This document shows, piece after piece, positions 43,507 to 53,462 of a stretch of DNA of 64,000 nucleotides (position 1 is the first letter of the stretch; the number at the start of each line of letters is the position of its first letter). Below the pieces are notes generated by a model that was given only the letters and a program-made list of their open reading frames with translations, made no database searches and was not told the origin of the DNA. Location: contig CAYZJA010000001.1 of NCBI GenBank assembly GCA_964479005.1, forward strand, positions 128,001 to 192,000. Reading direction: 5' to 3'. The position numbers and the translations under genes were made by a program. The stretch is from an uncultured Candidatus Saccharibacteria bacterium. Its GTDB lineage: Bacteria; Patescibacteriota; Minisyncoccia; UBA6257.

Positions 43507-45243
43507 ATGCCTAAAATAATAAAAAAATCTATTCCTTGGTTTTTAATTGTAAGTTTAACTCTTGCAACAGTATTAACTTTTAACTTTATGAGTTCAAGAG
43601 TTGAAGCTGATTCAGCAGATACTTCAGTAAGTGTAGGTAATACCACACCAACTTTTAATAGTGGTTATGAGCCTCATGAAGACATAGCTTCAGATGGTAC
43701 GACTCCGACAAATGTTGGTAGTGATGTAACTTTTAAAGCAACAGCAACTGACGCTAATAGTGATGATTGGAAGCTTTTGATTTGCGACAGTCCTGGTACA
43801 ACCGGTGTGACTTGTACTGGTACTGTAATTTGTAATACTGCTGTTGCAGTAAGTTCTGATACAGAAGCTACTTGTAGTTATACTGCGCTTATAGGTGATA
43901 ATCAATCAATTGATTGGTATGGTTATGCTTGTGATTCAACAGGATGTTCTGACGAGGATCACAAAGTAGATGCTTCTGGTCCTCCATTTAAAGTTAATCA
44001 TAGTCCAGCATTTACTGTTTATGCAGATGATGGACCTAAAGGACCTAACGCTACTATTACCTGGACTACCACAGCTTCTGACACAGATGATGATACAGAG
44101 CAAGATACGATAAGCTTATATGTTTGTAAAGCAGATGATTTTACCGGTTCTGCGTGCGGAGTTGGAGGACAGTGGTGTTCATCACTTAACGATGCTGATG
44201 GTGATCCAACTTGTAACGAAACCACTCCGAGACCAGATGGTGATTATGCTGCTTATGGTTATATAGTTGATAGCCATAGTTTAGTTTCTGTAGGTACAGC
44301 AGAAGGAACTGATTCTTCACCAACAGTTACTAATAGCACTCCTTCAATTACTGATTCTTCAATTAATTTATTAGACACAGATGGAAGCGGCAATTTAGAA
44401 TTAATTGATGAGCAAGCTGAAACTGCTAATTTTACAGTTACTTTTATAGTAAATGATGAGAATAGTTGTGAAAATATTACGTCCGGAGATGAAATATCTT
44501 CAGCTTTTATTAATGTAAGGATGTCAGAAAAACCAACAGGCGACTGTGATATTACTGGTGAATATAATGCTAATGATTGTTATCCAGATGATTATACTGA
44601 ATGGAATCCTGTTTGCGCTGCTTCTTCAACAGTTGATGCTTGTAATGGTGATACTGATACTACTGTTGGTTGGGCATGTACTTTCCCTTTACAATATCAT
44701 GCTGATCCAACAGTTACTGGAACTCCAAAGGCAGCTTATACCTGGATAGCAGCTGTTCAAGCTGAAGATGATCAGGCAGCTAATACGGGTCTAATAGATT
44801 CTTCAACTGGCAGCAATGATATTGATAAATTTATGTCTTATAATTTAACTACTGCCTCAATTGCTTATGGTACAGTAGCTCCTGATGATTACAGCTTAGA
44901 GCAAACCACAATTATTGAGGCTACTGGTAATGTTGGATTAGATGAGAATCTTTTGGGGAGTCTGTTATGTAATGATTATGAAACTTGTGCAGGTGATGAT
45001 GATATCGCAATTGCTGAACAACATTATAATCTAAGCCAAGGCGCAGGCTGGGCAGCTGGAACAGAACTTACTGATAGTTTGGTTGAATCTGAGCTTAATT
45101 GTACGAAGACTACTATTACTGGAACTCCAGAAACAAAAAGTACTTATTGGTATTTGCATATACCTCTAGGTCAAGGTGTAGATAGTTATACTGGTGAGAA
45201 TACTATTGAAGGCAAGGTTGATAATGAAACTTACGAAACATAA
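43507..45243 (+). CDS. secreted Thr/Asp/Cys-rich surface protein
   Basis: Signal/TM helix 'IPWFLIVSLTLATVLTF'. Shares the 'GWACTFPLQYHADPT' module with 39621 ('YTCTINMQFHADPT'). Confidence 0.5.
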   Translation: MPKIIKKSIPWFLIVSLTLATVLTFNFMSSRVEADSADTSVSVGNTTPTFNSGYEPHEDIASDGTTPTNVGSDVTFKATATDANSDDWKLLICDSPGTTGVTCTGTVICNTAVAVSSDTEATCSYTALIGDNQSIDWYGYACDSTGCSDEDHKVDASGPPFKVNHSPAFTVYADDGPKGPNATITWTTTASDTDDDTEQDTISLYVCKADDFTGSACGVGGQWCSSLNDADGDPTCNETTPRPDGDYAAYGYIVDSHSLVSVGTAEGTDSSPTVTNSTPSITDSSINLLDTDGSGNLELIDEQAETANFTVTFIVNDENSCENITSGDEISSAFINVRMSEKPTGDCDITGEYNANDCYPDDYTEWNPVCAASSTVDACNGDTDTTVGWACTFPLQYHADPTVTGTPKAAYTWIAAVQAEDDQAANTGLIDSSTGSNDIDKFMSYNLTTASIAYGTVAPDDYSLEQTTIIEATGNVGLDENLLGSLLCNDYETCAGDDDIAIAEQHYNLSQGAGWAAGTELTDSLVESELNCTKTTITGTPETKSTYWYLHIPLGQGVDSYTGENTIEGKVDNETYET

Positions 45244-45291
45244 TATCTCTGTGTGATAGCAAAGAAATTATTTTAGATAGAGTAAAAACTC

Positions 45292-46227
45292 ATGGTTTTA
45301 AAGAGGATAATTTTATTTATAGTTTTGTGTTCACTATTTAGTTTTAGTTTGATTAATGTTGTTCAAGCTGGCTTTGGAATTTCTCCGCCATATATTAACA
45401 ATGAAAATCTTAGTCAGGGTTCTTATTATGAAAAGAAAATCACATTAGTAAGAGGCGATCCAATTGAAGATTGGAAAGTGGAAATAATTACCAATGTTCC
45501 CGGAGCTGATGATTGGATTTCAGTTAACAAAGGAAAAGAATTTATTATGCCAAAAGGAGCCCAGCAGGTTCCTATTGTTTTTAGTATTGATGTTCCAAAA
45601 AATGCTAAATTTGGAAGATATACAGGAAGTATTAGAGTAAAAACCGCGCCAGTAAAAGATCCAGAAGAAGGAACAATATCAATTCTTTTAGGAGGACAAA
45701 TTGACGTTGATTTAAATATTCAAAAAGAAATTTTTGATTTTAATGTAAGAGGAATAAAAGCTTCTGATTTAGAAGAAGGAGAAAAGCGATTGATATTTTA
45801 TTTTCCGGGAATAATAAAATTCTCAATGCAAATTGAAAATCTTGGGAATATAAAAGCTGCTCCAAGCAAAGTGCTTCTTGAGATTTATGATGAAAAAGAA
45901 AACGAACTTTTGGAAACGATTCAAACCACTAAGATGAATAAAATAAATCCATTTGAAATAGATTGGGTTATTGCCGAACTTAAAACTAAGTTAAAAGCCG
46001 GCAGTTATTACGCGCAATATCAAATTTTTAAAAAAGATGAAGTGGTAAGTCAAGGAAAAATTCATTTGAGCATTTTATCAAAAGGTGCCATTGCTGATTA
46101 TCAAAGGGCAACAATTTTTGATATAGGAGTAAAAGATAAATTAATTATTTTATTTGGAATTTTAGCTAGTATTGGATTAGTGATTTTTGTTATTCCAAAA
46201 ATTATTAGAACTTTTCGAAAAAAATAA
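45292..46227 (+). CDS. secreted protein with C-terminal TM anchor
   Basis: Signal peptide and a terminal 'LIILFGILASIGLVIFVIPKIIRTFRKK'. Confidence 0.4.
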   Translation: MVLKRIILFIVLCSLFSFSLINVVQAGFGISPPYINNENLSQGSYYEKKITLVRGDPIEDWKVEIITNVPGADDWISVNKGKEFIMPKGAQQVPIVFSIDVPKNAKFGRYTGSIRVKTAPVKDPEEGTISILLGGQIDVDLNIQKEIFDFNVRGIKASDLEEGEKRLIFYFPGIIKFSMQIENLGNIKAAPSKVLLEIYDEKENELLETIQTTKMNKINPFEIDWVIAELKTKLKAGSYYAQYQIFKKDEVVSQGKIHLSILSKGAIADYQRATIFDIGVKDKLIILFGILASIGLVIFVIPKIIRTFRKK

Positions 46228-46248
46228 TTTGAAGTCGAGAAAAGTATA

Positions 46249-47160
46249 ATGTTCAGAAATTCAAATCGTTTTGGAATTTTTATTATTATTTTAATTTTTT
46301 TTGGATTTTTATCCTCAATCTTTTTATTTCCAAAAAAAACATTTTCAGAAATGCTTTCTACTTCTGTACAGGTACAGATAGTAACTACAACCATCGGTGG
46401 CGGAGGTGGGGGTGGGGGATATATTCCACCTTTGCCACCAGAAACAAAAGTTATTTTTGAAGGAAGGGCTTATCCTTTAAGTAAAGTTAATATTCTTAAA
46501 GATGGTCAGTTAGCTGTTAGCACTATTTCTGGTCCAGATGCAAAATTTTATGTTTCAATAGAAGGCTTATCTTCTGGAAACTATTTGTTTGCAGTTTATA
46601 GCGAGGATAGTCAGGGAAGACGTTCTGTATTATTCACTTTTCCGGTTTTTATTACTCAAGGAGTCACCACCAAGATAAGTGGTATTTTTATTGCGCCAAC
46701 TATTGATGTAGATAAATTGGAAGTCAAAAAAGGGGAAGTAATTAAAATTTTTGGCCAAACAGTTCCTAATATCGATGTTGCCGTTATCATTAATTCCGAA
46801 GAAGAAATTTATGGGAAAACAAAATCAGACGAAATAGGCGCTTATCTTTATAATTTAGATACTATAGAAGTAGAAATGGGAAATCATTTGGCAAAATCAA
46901 GGGCTACTATTGAAGAAGAAATTAGTCCTTTATCGCAAGCAATAAGTTTTAAGGTAGGAACAAAAACAGTTTTAAAAGAAACTGTAAAAATACCAGAAAA
47001 AGGGGATTTAAATAATGATAAAAGGGTAAATTTGGTTGATTTTTCCATTCTTGCTTATTGGTATCAAAGGCCATCACCTTCAGCAACAGTTGATTTTAAC
47101 AATGATGGAAAAGTAAACTTAGTGGATTTTAGTATAATGGCATACTACTGGACAGGTTAA
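46249..47160 (+). CDS. secreted protein with C-terminal type-I dockerin
   Basis: Two Ca-binding repeats: 'DLNNDKRVNLVDFSILAYW' and 'DFNNDGKVNLVDFSIMAYYW'. Also an internal Gly8 tract. Confidence 0.7.
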   Translation: MFRNSNRFGIFIIILIFFGFLSSIFLFPKKTFSEMLSTSVQVQIVTTTIGGGGGGGGYIPPLPPETKVIFEGRAYPLSKVNILKDGQLAVSTISGPDAKFYVSIEGLSSGNYLFAVYSEDSQGRRSVLFTFPVFITQGVTTKISGIFIAPTIDVDKLEVKKGEVIKIFGQTVPNIDVAVIINSEEEIYGKTKSDEIGAYLYNLDTIEVEMGNHLAKSRATIEEEISPLSQAISFKVGTKTVLKETVKIPEKGDLNNDKRVNLVDFSILAYWYQRPSPSATVDFNNDGKVNLVDFSIMAYYWTG

Positions 47161-47200
47161 AATTTTCAATTTTTAATTTCCAATTTTTAAATAAATTCTA

Positions 47201-48172
47201 ATGACAAAAACTCAAAAACTAATTTTTATTCTTCTATTTTCTACTTTCTGCTTTCTATTTTTTAGTTCTTCTTCTACTTTAGCCGCGGAGTTATATTTGG
47301 AGAATTCCGAGGATAATTATTACGTTGATGAAACTTTTATTACTGATATAAGGATTAATGTTGAAAATAATGAAAGCATTAATGCTATTGAAGGTTATTT
47401 AAAATTTCCAAGTAATATTTTGGAAGTAAAAGATTTTAGCACTGGTAATTCGATACTTACTTTTATTGAAGAGCCAAAAATTAATAAAGAAGAAGGTTTG
47501 ATTTCTTTTGTTGGAATTATTCCTGGTGGATATAGTGGAAGGATTCCTGGTGATCCTGGACAAAGTAATCTTTTAGGAAAAATAATTTTTTATTCTATTT
47601 TTTCTGGCACAGCAGAGATTATTTTTGAAGATAGATCACAAGCATTATTAAGCGATGGGGAGGGAACACCAGCTAAGTTAATTAATAAAGGAGTAACTAT
47701 TGAGATCGTAACTAAACCCTTCGACTACGCTCAGGGCAAGGATGAATGGCAGGAACAATTAGAAAAAGACAAAATTCCTCCAGAAGATTTTAAACCAGAA
47801 ATTATTAAAATTGATGATAAATATTATTTAGCTTTTACTACTAAAGATAAAGATTCTGGTATTGATCATTATGAAGTTTTAGAAAAGAATTTTTGGACAA
47901 ATATAAGTAAATTATTAGGAAGAGAAAAATGGATAGTCGCAGAAAGTCCTTATTTATTAAATGGGCAATCATTAAGTAATAGGATAGAAATAAAAACAAT
48001 AGATAAAGCGGGCAATGAGAGAATTGTTAAATTACCAGCTACATATTATTTGCCTTGGTATAAAAATTACTTTATTTGGGTTATACTTATAATAAGTATT
48101 TTTTATGTGATATGGAGAATAATCGCGAAACAGAAAAAAAACAATACGCGAAACCCCGAAGAAAAGCCTTAG
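47201..48172 (+). CDS. membrane-anchored cohesin-like scaffold protein
   Basis: Signal peptide. 'ELYLENSEDNYYVDETFITDIRINVENNESINAIEGYLKFPSNILEVKDFSTGNSILTF…' has the cohesin-type beta-sandwich pattern. C-terminal TM helix 'YFIWVILIISIFYVIWRI'. Confidence 0.5.
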   Translation: MTKTQKLIFILLFSTFCFLFFSSSSTLAAELYLENSEDNYYVDETFITDIRINVENNESINAIEGYLKFPSNILEVKDFSTGNSILTFIEEPKINKEEGLISFVGIIPGGYSGRIPGDPGQSNLLGKIIFYSIFSGTAEIIFEDRSQALLSDGEGTPAKLINKGVTIEIVTKPFDYAQGKDEWQEQLEKDKIPPEDFKPEIIKIDDKYYLAFTTKDKDSGIDHYEVLEKNFWTNISKLLGREKWIVAESPYLLNGQSLSNRIEIKTIDKAGNERIVKLPATYYLPWYKNYFIWVILIISIFYVIWRIIAKQKKNNTRNPEEKP

Positions 48173-49929
48173 GCTTCCTACGGGGCAGGCAGACGCGAAA
48201 TTTCTTAATTTGGTTTAGCGTCGGTTTAGCGTTTTTCCTTGGCGTTGGTTTAACGCTGCCTGTGGTAGCGCAAGCGGCAAGTCTATATTTTTATCCTTCA
48301 TCTGGTTCTTATTCCATTGGTCAAACTCTTACTGACTCTGTCTATGTTTCCAGTTCTGATCAGGCAATCAACGCGGCTTCAGGAATTATTTCCTTTCCAC
48401 AGAATAAAATACAGGTTGTATCACTTTCAAAAACAGGTTCTATAATGAGTCTTTGGGTTCAAGAACCATCTTTTTCTAATACTATTGGGACAATCAACTT
48501 TGAAGGTATTATATTAAATCCTGGGTTTATCGGAAATAATGGCAAGATTATTGATATTATTTTTAAATCAAAGGCGTCAGGAATTACACCGTTAAGTTTT
48601 TTTTCAGCGTCAGTTTTGGCTAATGATGGTAAAGGGACAAATATTTTAACAAGCTCTGGGAGCGCTAAATATAATATTATAATCACTACAACTACAGCAA
48701 CCTCGCCAAGTATACCAACTGGGGATGCAAGAACGCCAAGCGCTGTAATTATTTCTTCTGAAACTCATTCCGATTCTAATAAGTGGTATAGTTCTGCAAC
48801 AGCTGAACTTTCTTGGCCTTTAACTGATGATATTACGGCTACTCGTCTTCTTATTAGCAGAAGCTCAAAAGCTTATCCTACTGTGATTTATACACCTGCG
48901 ATTTCTTCTAAAACAATCACCAATTTAGGTGAGGGTATTTGGTATTTTTATGTACAGCTCAGAAATAAATATGGGTGGGGTGATGTTGCTCATTTTCGTT
49001 TACAGATTGATAATACTCCTCCAGGGCCATTAGAAGTTGAAATAGACAATGAAGGAGACCCTACTAATCCTCAGCCCTTGCTTTGCTTTAAAACAAGTGA
49101 TTTTTTATCAGGAATTGATTTTTATGAAATAAAGATTGGAGAGATCTATAATCTCCAGATTTCAATTAATGAAATAAAGGATAATATTTATCGTTTACCG
49201 CTTTGTCCTCCAGGCGAATATTCATTAATAGTAAAAGCCGTAGATAAAGTAGGAAAATACAGTTCAGTAACAAAAAAATTAAATATAGCATCAATAGACG
49301 TTCCAATTATTAGTGACTACTCAAGAATATTATCTAAAAATGATTACTTAGTAATTCTGGGTTATGCAAGATTAAATGATATTGTAAAGTTGTTTATTAA
49401 AAGTGAAAATAAAAAAGTTGCAAGTTATATTGCTAAACGCGATAATGAAAAATGGAGTTATAAAGCAGAAAAACCTTTGCAAGCAGGGATTTATGCAATT
49501 TGGGCACAAGCAGTTGATTCTCGTGGAGCTAAAAGTAATTTTTCAGAAAAAGTCGAAATTTCCGTAGATTCTCCAGCATTTCTTAGATTTGGATTTGGCA
49601 ATTTTATAGTTAGTTATATTGATATTATAATTATTTTTATTATTCTTATTGTTCTTACAGCATTGGCTTGGGTCTATTATGCAAGAATAAAATTAGTGCA
49701 GACAAATCTTCTTAAAGAAGATATTACACAGACTCAGAAAAACTTATACGAAGCTTTTGATCTTTTGAGAAGAGAAGTTACAAGAGAAATAGCCAAACTT
49801 GATAATAATGATCTTTTATCAGAGAGAGAAGAAGCAGTTAATGAAGAATTGAAAAAAGCTATTAGAAAGTCAGAAGAGTTAATTACTGAAGAAATTAAAG
49901 ATATAAAAGAAAAAATAGACAAATCGTAA
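48112..49929 (+). CDS. membrane-anchored cohesin-like scaffold protein with C-terminal coiled coil
   Basis: Start taken at the ATG at 48112 (basic tail then signal anchor). 'ASLYFYPSSGSYSIGQTLTDSVYVSSSDQAINAASGIISFPQNKIQVVSLSKTGSIMSLW' is paralogous to the 47201 domain. A TM helix follows near the C-terminus, then a charged coiled coil. Confidence 0.5.
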   Translation: MENNRETEKKQYAKPRRKALGFLRGRQTRNFLIWFSVGLAFFLGVGLTLPVVAQAASLYFYPSSGSYSIGQTLTDSVYVSSSDQAINAASGIISFPQNKIQVVSLSKTGSIMSLWVQEPSFSNTIGTINFEGIILNPGFIGNNGKIIDIIFKSKASGITPLSFFSASVLANDGKGTNILTSSGSAKYNIIITTTTATSPSIPTGDARTPSAVIISSETHSDSNKWYSSATAELSWPLTDDITATRLLISRSSKAYPTVIYTPAISSKTITNLGEGIWYFYVQLRNKYGWGDVAHFRLQIDNTPPGPLEVEIDNEGDPTNPQPLLCFKTSDFLSGIDFYEIKIGEIYNLQISINEIKDNIYRLPLCPPGEYSLIVKAVDKVGKYSSVTKKLNIASIDVPIISDYSRILSKNDYLVILGYARLNDIVKLFIKSENKKVASYIAKRDNEKWSYKAEKPLQAGIYAIWAQAVDSRGAKSNFSEKVEISVDSPAFLRFGFGNFIVSYIDIIIIFIILIVLTALAWVYYARIKLVQTNLLKEDITQTQKNLYEAFDLLRREVTREIAKLDNNDLLSEREEAVNEELKKAIRKSEELITEEIKDIKEKIDKS

Positions 49930-49987
49930 CTGTTGTGTTAAATTATATTTAATTAAAATTTTTGATAGGATTGTAAAGAATTAAGCA

Positions 49988-51307
49988 ATGAATTACAAAA
50001 AGTTATTAATTATTATTGGTATTTTTATAGTCACCATTTTATTGGGGGCTTTTGTTTATCCTGATGGATTAAAAGAAAGGGGGATTGAACTTCCCAGTTT
50101 TTTTGATAAGTCCTTTAGTTTTGGGTTAGATGTTTCTGGTGGAACACTTTTGCTTTATGAAGCTGATTTAAATAATATTGAAACTTCTGATCATGATTCG
50201 GCAATGGATGGTTTGAGAGATGTAATAGAAAGGCGTATAAATTATTCAGGTGTTAGAGAACCGCGTGTGGCAATAAATAAAAGCGGAGAAAAATGGCGTT
50301 TAATAGTGGAATTAGCTGGAATTAAAGATATTCAAGAAGCAATAAAAATGATTGGGGAAACTCCTTATTTAGAATTTAAAGAAATTCGCACAGAAGAAGA
50401 AGCAAAAAGCATTTTAACATTACAAGAAGAAGAATCAAATAAAGAAGAACCCGATTTAAAAATTATGCGGATAGATCCATATTTTAAACAAACTTCTTTA
50501 ACTGGAAAATATTTAAAAAGAGCAAATTTGGGGTTTGACCAAAATTCTTTACCTATCATTAATCTTCAATTTAATGATGAGGGCGCAAAGATTTTTGCCG
50601 CTTTAACAAAAAAGAACATTGGGCAACCATTAGCAATTTATTTAGATAATTATCCAATTAGTATTCCTGTAGTGCGGGAAGAAATTCCTTCAGGTAAAGC
50701 CCAGATTTCTGGAAAATTCACTTTACCTGAAGCAAAGGAGTTAGTGACAAGATTAAATCAAGGCGCTTTACCTGTTCCAATTAATTTAATTTCCCAGCAA
50801 TCTGTTGGCGCTGTTTTAGGGGAAGAATCAATTGAGAAGATAGCCAAAGCGGCTCTTTTAGGATTTGTTTTAGTGCTTATATTTATGATTTTGATTTATC
50901 GTATGCCGGGATTTTTAGCCTCAATTTCTTTGATAATTTATGTTATTTTAACAATGAGTATTTTTAAGGCTCTACCAGTAACCCTTACTTTAGCTGGTAT
51001 TACTGGGTTTATTCTCTCTGTTGGTATGGCTGTAGATGCTAATATCTTAATTTTTGAGCATGCAAAAGAAGAAATTAAAAAAAATAAACCAATGAGGATT
51101 TCAATGGAAGACGGTTTTCAAAGGTCATGGCCAGCTATTCGAGATTCTAACATTGCTACAATAATTTCTGCTGTAATCCTTTATTATTTTACATCAAGTA
51201 TGATAAGAGGATTTTCTGTTACATTGGCAATTGGAGTAGGGGTGAGTATAATTACAGCTTTGTATGTTACAAGGATATTCTTGCAGGTACTCACGACAAA
51301 CAAATAA
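49988..51307 (+). CDS. secD: protein translocase subunit SecD
   Basis: 'GLDVSGGTLLLYEA' and the C-terminal six-TM region 'LAGITGFILSVGMAVDANILIFE'. Confidence 0.85.
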   Translation: MNYKKLLIIIGIFIVTILLGAFVYPDGLKERGIELPSFFDKSFSFGLDVSGGTLLLYEADLNNIETSDHDSAMDGLRDVIERRINYSGVREPRVAINKSGEKWRLIVELAGIKDIQEAIKMIGETPYLEFKEIRTEEEAKSILTLQEEESNKEEPDLKIMRIDPYFKQTSLTGKYLKRANLGFDQNSLPIINLQFNDEGAKIFAALTKKNIGQPLAIYLDNYPISIPVVREEIPSGKAQISGKFTLPEAKELVTRLNQGALPVPINLISQQSVGAVLGEESIEKIAKAALLGFVLVLIFMILIYRMPGFLASISLIIYVILTMSIFKALPVTLTLAGITGFILSVGMAVDANILIFEHAKEEIKKNKPMRISMEDGFQRSWPAIRDSNIATIISAVILYYFTSSMIRGFSVTLAIGVGVSIITALYVTRIFLQVLTTNK

Positions 51308-51372
51308 CAAACAACAAACAACAAATAGCAGATAACAAATAACAGATAACAGATAACAGATAACAGATAATA
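51308..51372. repeat. tandem heptamer microsatellite (ACAAACA/ACAGATA)n
   Basis: caaacaacaaacaacaaatagcagataacaaataacagataacagataacagataacagataat. Confidence 0.85.
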
Positions 51373-51412
51373 TTGTTTATTGTTCCTTGTTAATTGTTAA
51401 TTAATATTTAGT

Positions 51413-52303
51413 ATGGATTTTATTAATAAGCGGAAAATTTTTTACGGTTTTTCAATAGCAATGATTGTTACTTCCTTTTTGTGTCTCCTGACCTTTGGAT
51501 TTAATTGGGGGATTGATTTTACTGGTGGAAGTCTTTGGGAATTAACTACAGCAGATATTAAAAATGACACAATTAAAATTGTAAATTATTTAGAAAACCA
51601 AGAATTAGGGCAAATTAATGTTCAAACTACAAATGAAAATAGTTTAATATTACGCTTTTCTAATATTTCTGAAGAAAAACATGTCCAATTATTTAAAGGA
51701 TTACAAGAGAAACTTTCTTTAATTCAGGAAAGAAAATTTGAATCAATTGGTCCTTCCATTGGACAGGAATTGAAATCCAAGTCTATTTGGGCTGTTCTTT
51801 TAGTCTTTTTTGGAATTTTAGCATATCTTTCTTATGCTTTTCACAATTCCTCCTTCCGTATTCCGTCTTATCGTTATGGTATTTTGGCAGTTTTAGTATT
51901 AATGCATGACGCAGTGTTCATTATAGGTTTATTTTCCTTGCTGGGAAAATTAAAAGGATGGGAAGTAAATTCGGATTTTTTGGTGGCTCTATTGGTAGTA
52001 GCTGGTTATTCTGTCCATGACACAATAGTAGTTTTTGATAGAGTTAGAGAAAATATACGATTAAAAACAAAAGAAAGTTTAGCTGAAATTATTAATTTAA
52101 GCATTAATCAAACCCTTTTGCGATCTTTAAATACATCTCTTACAACAGCTTTTCCTTTAATAGCTTTATATTTTTTAGGTCCTATTTCTATTAAAATACT
52201 GGTAATAGCAATGATTAGCGGTGTAATAATAGGTACTTATTCTTCAATTTGTCTTGCTGCCCCATTATTATATGATTGGTCGCTAAGGCGAGGACGAACT
52301 TAA
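51413..52303 (+). CDS. secF: protein translocase subunit SecF
   Basis: 'GIDFTGGSLWEL' and six TM helices. Confidence 0.85.
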   Translation: MDFINKRKIFYGFSIAMIVTSFLCLLTFGFNWGIDFTGGSLWELTTADIKNDTIKIVNYLENQELGQINVQTTNENSLILRFSNISEEKHVQLFKGLQEKLSLIQERKFESIGPSIGQELKSKSIWAVLLVFFGILAYLSYAFHNSSFRIPSYRYGILAVLVLMHDAVFIIGLFSLLGKLKGWEVNSDFLVALLVVAGYSVHDTIVVFDRVRENIRLKTKESLAEIINLSINQTLLRSLNTSLTTAFPLIALYFLGPISIKILVIAMISGVIIGTYSSICLAAPLLYDWSLRRGRT

Positions 52304-52352
52304 TATCATTGCAATATTGACTTTTTGTTTGTTTTTTGCTTTAATTAATAAT

Positions 52353-53462
52353 ATGAGTATAAACAATTTTAACTTAAGTAAAGAGAGTCCACATCAATTG
52401 GCTCTTAAAATCATTGCTATTTTACCTTCCCGCACGCAGGATATTGTTAAGAAAAGATTTGGTTTAGATAATAACGATCCTAAAACATTAGAAGCAGTTG
52501 GTCAGGATTATAAGATTACGAGGGAGAGAATTAGGCAAATTATAGAGGTAGCTTTAAAAACTGTTAAAAAACAGCCAGTTTTAAAAATGGCTGATGTTTT
52601 TATAAAGCAAGCTGAACAGATTTTAAAGCAAAGCGGAGGAGTAGACGAGAACGTGAGGTTCCTTACAAAAATAGATAAGCAGTTTAAAGAATCAAAAGGG
52701 AATCTGTCCGCAATTAGATTTTTATTGGCATTAAATCCTGATTTTTCATTTGAAGAAGAAAATGATTTATACAATAGTTTTTGGCATTTTTCCAGGATTT
52801 CCAAAAATAAAATTTATAAAAATATTAAAAATATAGAAGGACTTTTTAAGAAAAAACAATCAACTTATTTGATGAACGAAATATTGACTTTGGTTAAAAA
52901 AAATATTTCCTCAAATATTAATAAGGAAGAGCTAAGGGCATATTTAGAAATATCCAAGAAAGTTGGTATGAATCCATTTGGCGAGTATGGCCTATTTGAT
53001 TGGATGGAGATAGATCCATCTGGCGCTCGCGATAGGGCATATTTAATAATGAAACATTCTAAAAAGCCTTTACATTTTTCTGATATTACAAAACGCCTTA
53101 ATGAGTGTAATGAAATAACTATTCCAGCATCTGTTGCCTCTCATTCTTGGCAAAAGAAAGTATGTATTCAAACAGTGCATAATGAATTAATCCGTGATTC
53201 CCGTTTTGTTCTTATTGGAAGGGGAATTTATGCGTTAGGAGAGTGGGGTTATAAACCTGGAAAAATAGTCAATGTTATTAAGGATATTTTAAAGGAAGCC
53301 GGAAAACCGTTAAAACAGGAAGCAATCATTAAGGAAGTTAAAAAACGCAGAATGGCAAAAGATAATACTATTATTTTGAATCTTCATAATAAGAAATATT
53401 TTAAAAAATTGCCGAATAAATATTATAGCTTAGTTAGGTCCTATAAAATATTAGAGGTTTAA
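52353..53462 (+). CDS. sigma-70 region-4-like HTH domain protein
   Basis: '[28 protein letters not shown]' is a sigma region 4.2-type HTH; the remainder is unassigned. Start set at the in-frame ATG at 52353. Confidence 0.45.
   Translation: MSINNFNLSKESPHQLALKIIAILPSRTQDIVKKRFGLDNNDPKTLEAVGQDYKITRERIRQIIEVALKTVKKQPVLKMADVFIKQAEQILKQSGGVDENVRFLTKIDKQFKESKGNLSAIRFLLALNPDFSFEEENDLYNSFWHFSRISKNKIYKNIKNIEGLFKKKQSTYLMNEILTLVKKNISSNINKEELRAYLEISKKVGMNPFGEYGLFDWMEIDPSGARDRAYLIMKHSKKPLHFSDITKRLNECNEITIPASVASHSWQKKVCIQTVHNELIRDSRFVLIGRGIYALGEWGYKPGKIVNVIKDILKEAGKPLKQEAIIKEVKKRRMAKDNTIILNLHNKKYFKKLPNKYYSLVRSYKILEV

Noticed and set aside
48160-48260. Locally GC-rich stretch (cgaaaccccgaagaaaagccttaggcttcctacggggcaggcagacgcg…) considered as a possible ncRNA
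   Set aside because: It lies in-frame within the overlapping end of the 47201 gene and the basic N-terminal tail or signal anchor of the 48112 gene. A coding explanation is sufficient.
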